Positions 62,035-64,000 of a stretch of DNA of 64,000 bases are shown piece by piece. Numbering within the stretch: position 1 is the first letter of the stretch; every line of letters starts with the position of its first letter. The stretch is from contig NW_003314323.1 in NCBI RefSeq assembly GCF_000143415.4, positions 252,499-316,498 of the forward strand. The letters run 5' to 3'. A program made the translations under genes and the position numbers. This DNA comes from Selaginella moellendorffii. Lineage: Eukaryota; Plantae; Lycopodiophyta. The notes under the pieces were generated by a model. It made no database searches, had not been told where the DNA came from, and worked only from the letters and a program-made list of their open reading frames with translations.

Positions 62035-64000
62035 ATGGCCTATCGCCGTCTCCTCCTTATTCTCACGCTCGGCCTCTTCGCAGCACCGGCTCAAGTTTCA
62101 GGCCAACCGGGTCAGTAGCATCTCTCTCTCATCAGAAAACATCAAACGAAGAAGAACAAGCTCTCATCTCATATTTTGACAGGTTTCTTGAGCCTGGACT
62201 GCGGAGCTTTTGACAGCCACACTGATGACAATGGCATCAATTGGACACCCGATGACAGCTTTATCACCACTGGAGTCCCAGCCTCCATTTCAAGCTCCTT
62301 GAAAGCGGGCACGGCCATCCTGCAGCGGCTTCGATACTTTCCAGACACCTCCCGGAAGCACTGCTATGCACTTCCGGTTTTGGTGGGAGAGAACTACATC
62401 TTGAGGCCGTGGTTCTACTATGACCGCCTGGAATCAACTTTGGCGGAATTTGAGATTATGATTAGTGCAAACACAGTGGTTAACTTGAGGATTAAAGGGC
62501 AGTCGACATCGTATTATGAGTTTGTGGTGAAAGCCACGAACTCGACGCTGGATCTGTGCCTCGGAACCCGCTCCGCCTCACCGGCAAACATCCCATTCAT
62601 CTCCGCGATCGAGCTCAGAAGGCTCCCTCCTGGAATGCGAGCAAATGCTTCGGATTCCAGTGAGGTTTTGGTCATGTCGAGAAGGATCAACCTTGGAGCA
62701 GCTTCGGATTCAGACATCAGGTGACAAACTCCCTCAGATATTTGTATCCTATCTTCTTTTCATCTTAATTCTGCCAGGTATCCTGATGATCCCTACGATC
62801 GGATATGGAGAGCTGATAATGGTTTCAGCAACATAAGGAGCTATCCGCGGATTAGCACCAACGCAACGGGTTTTACGGACAAAACTTACAACAAGCCTCC
62901 TCCTGCGGTGATGAGAACCGCCATCACCTCCACGTCCGTCATGGTTTTCGAGTTTCCAGCAAACCTCGATGCAACAAAGTACTATGTAAACTTTTACTTT
63001 GCCGAGTTTGGAAACAGCACGAGGGATTTCGTGGTTCAATTCAACAGAAGCTCGTTTCCCACCACACTGACTACGACTAATGTTAGCCTCCAGCCTCAGA
63101 CTTTTGTGCAAATGTACTTTCCAGTTCTTCTGGAGCTCTCCAATCCAACACCCTTCTCCTTCGTCCCAGCGCCGAACGGCTCAATCCTGAATGCGGCCGA
63201 GCTTTTCAAGTACATGGGAGATCTTCTTCCAGGAACAGAACCCGACGATGGTCCGCCCGATTGCCTTTTGTTCCTGAAACACCTTCTGTTTGATTTGCTT
63301 TTTCTTTGCTGCAACAGTGATAGCGATACGGGAAGTGATGAACGATTTTAATCTGTCTGGATGGTCCGGAGATCCATGCCGGCCTGTCTCTTACACTTGG
63401 AGATGGATCACTTGTGCCACAGGCATAATCCCGGCAAGGATCACCGAGCTGTGAGTGAGATTAGGAGGAGTTCCCTCGAGAAAGAACTTATATATATGTG
63501 AATCTACAGGAACTTATCCAACCGTGGTCTCAAAGGCAACATATCCGGATCCATCGCAAAGCTAGCACATCTGACAAAAATGTAAAACTGATGAACATTC
63601 TTAATTTCTCTAAATTTTCATGTGGTTTTATTATCAGATATCTGGATAACAACGCATTGACAGGGCCAGTTCCAAGTTTTAGCTCCTTGAAGAACCTCAC
63701 GGTCCTGTGAGTATGTTGTATTGTTCTAAGAAAAAAACGTAACAGCCTTTCTCTGTGTTCATATCTTACAGGTCCCTAAACAACAACAGTTTCGATTGCA
63801 TACCACCGGAACGACAATCCTCTTTCAAGTCAGAATTTACGTTGTTTCTCTAGTCTGATGCATAATTATATCTTTTTTCCAGCGGTTCAAATGTCCCATT
63901 ATGCGCAAAGGTGCCCGAGAAAATCTTCGCCAAGAAGAAAAGCAACACAAAAATCATAGTTGAAATAGCAGTACCATGTGTAGCGCTACTGTTAGTTGGA
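62035..64000 (+). CDS. Malectin-like LRR receptor kinase, runs off the window end
   Basis: Signal peptide exon 62035-62110; GFLSLDCG..LRYFP..PFISAIELR; YPDDPYDRIW; YFAEF; WSGDPC; NLSNRGLKG; YLDNNALTGPVP; start of the TM segment. Confidence 0.9.

Overview
Gene-dense land-plant nuclear DNA. The very short GT-AG introns (about 50-90 nt), short gene spacers and intronless PLS-type PPR genes suggest a lycophyte such as Selaginella; this is an inference. In the left half (1-27.4 kb) an array of three alternating, co-oriented R2R3-MYB + bHLH gene pairs lies on the minus strand. One MYB is split by a 14.2 kb nested TE block: an old Ty3/Gypsy element carrying a PIF/Harbinger transposon in its 5' LTR and a very young non-coding LARD-like LTR element in its integrase. 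A further truncated Gypsy element lies at 585-3716. The right half holds an FkbM methyltransferase, an FHA protein, two head-to-head solo LTRs, a decayed Harbinger transposase, MsrB, a convergent pair of Lsi2-like silicon-efflux transporters, a COG2426-type membrane protein, two PPR genes flanking V-ATPase subunit c, a tandem-repeat coiled-coil protein, an M16 peptidase fragment and a tandem array of malectin-like LRR-RLK genes and pseudogenes. The best candidate for an undescribed system is the repeated MYB-bHLH two-gene module. All alignments and counts were done by eye and no searches were run.
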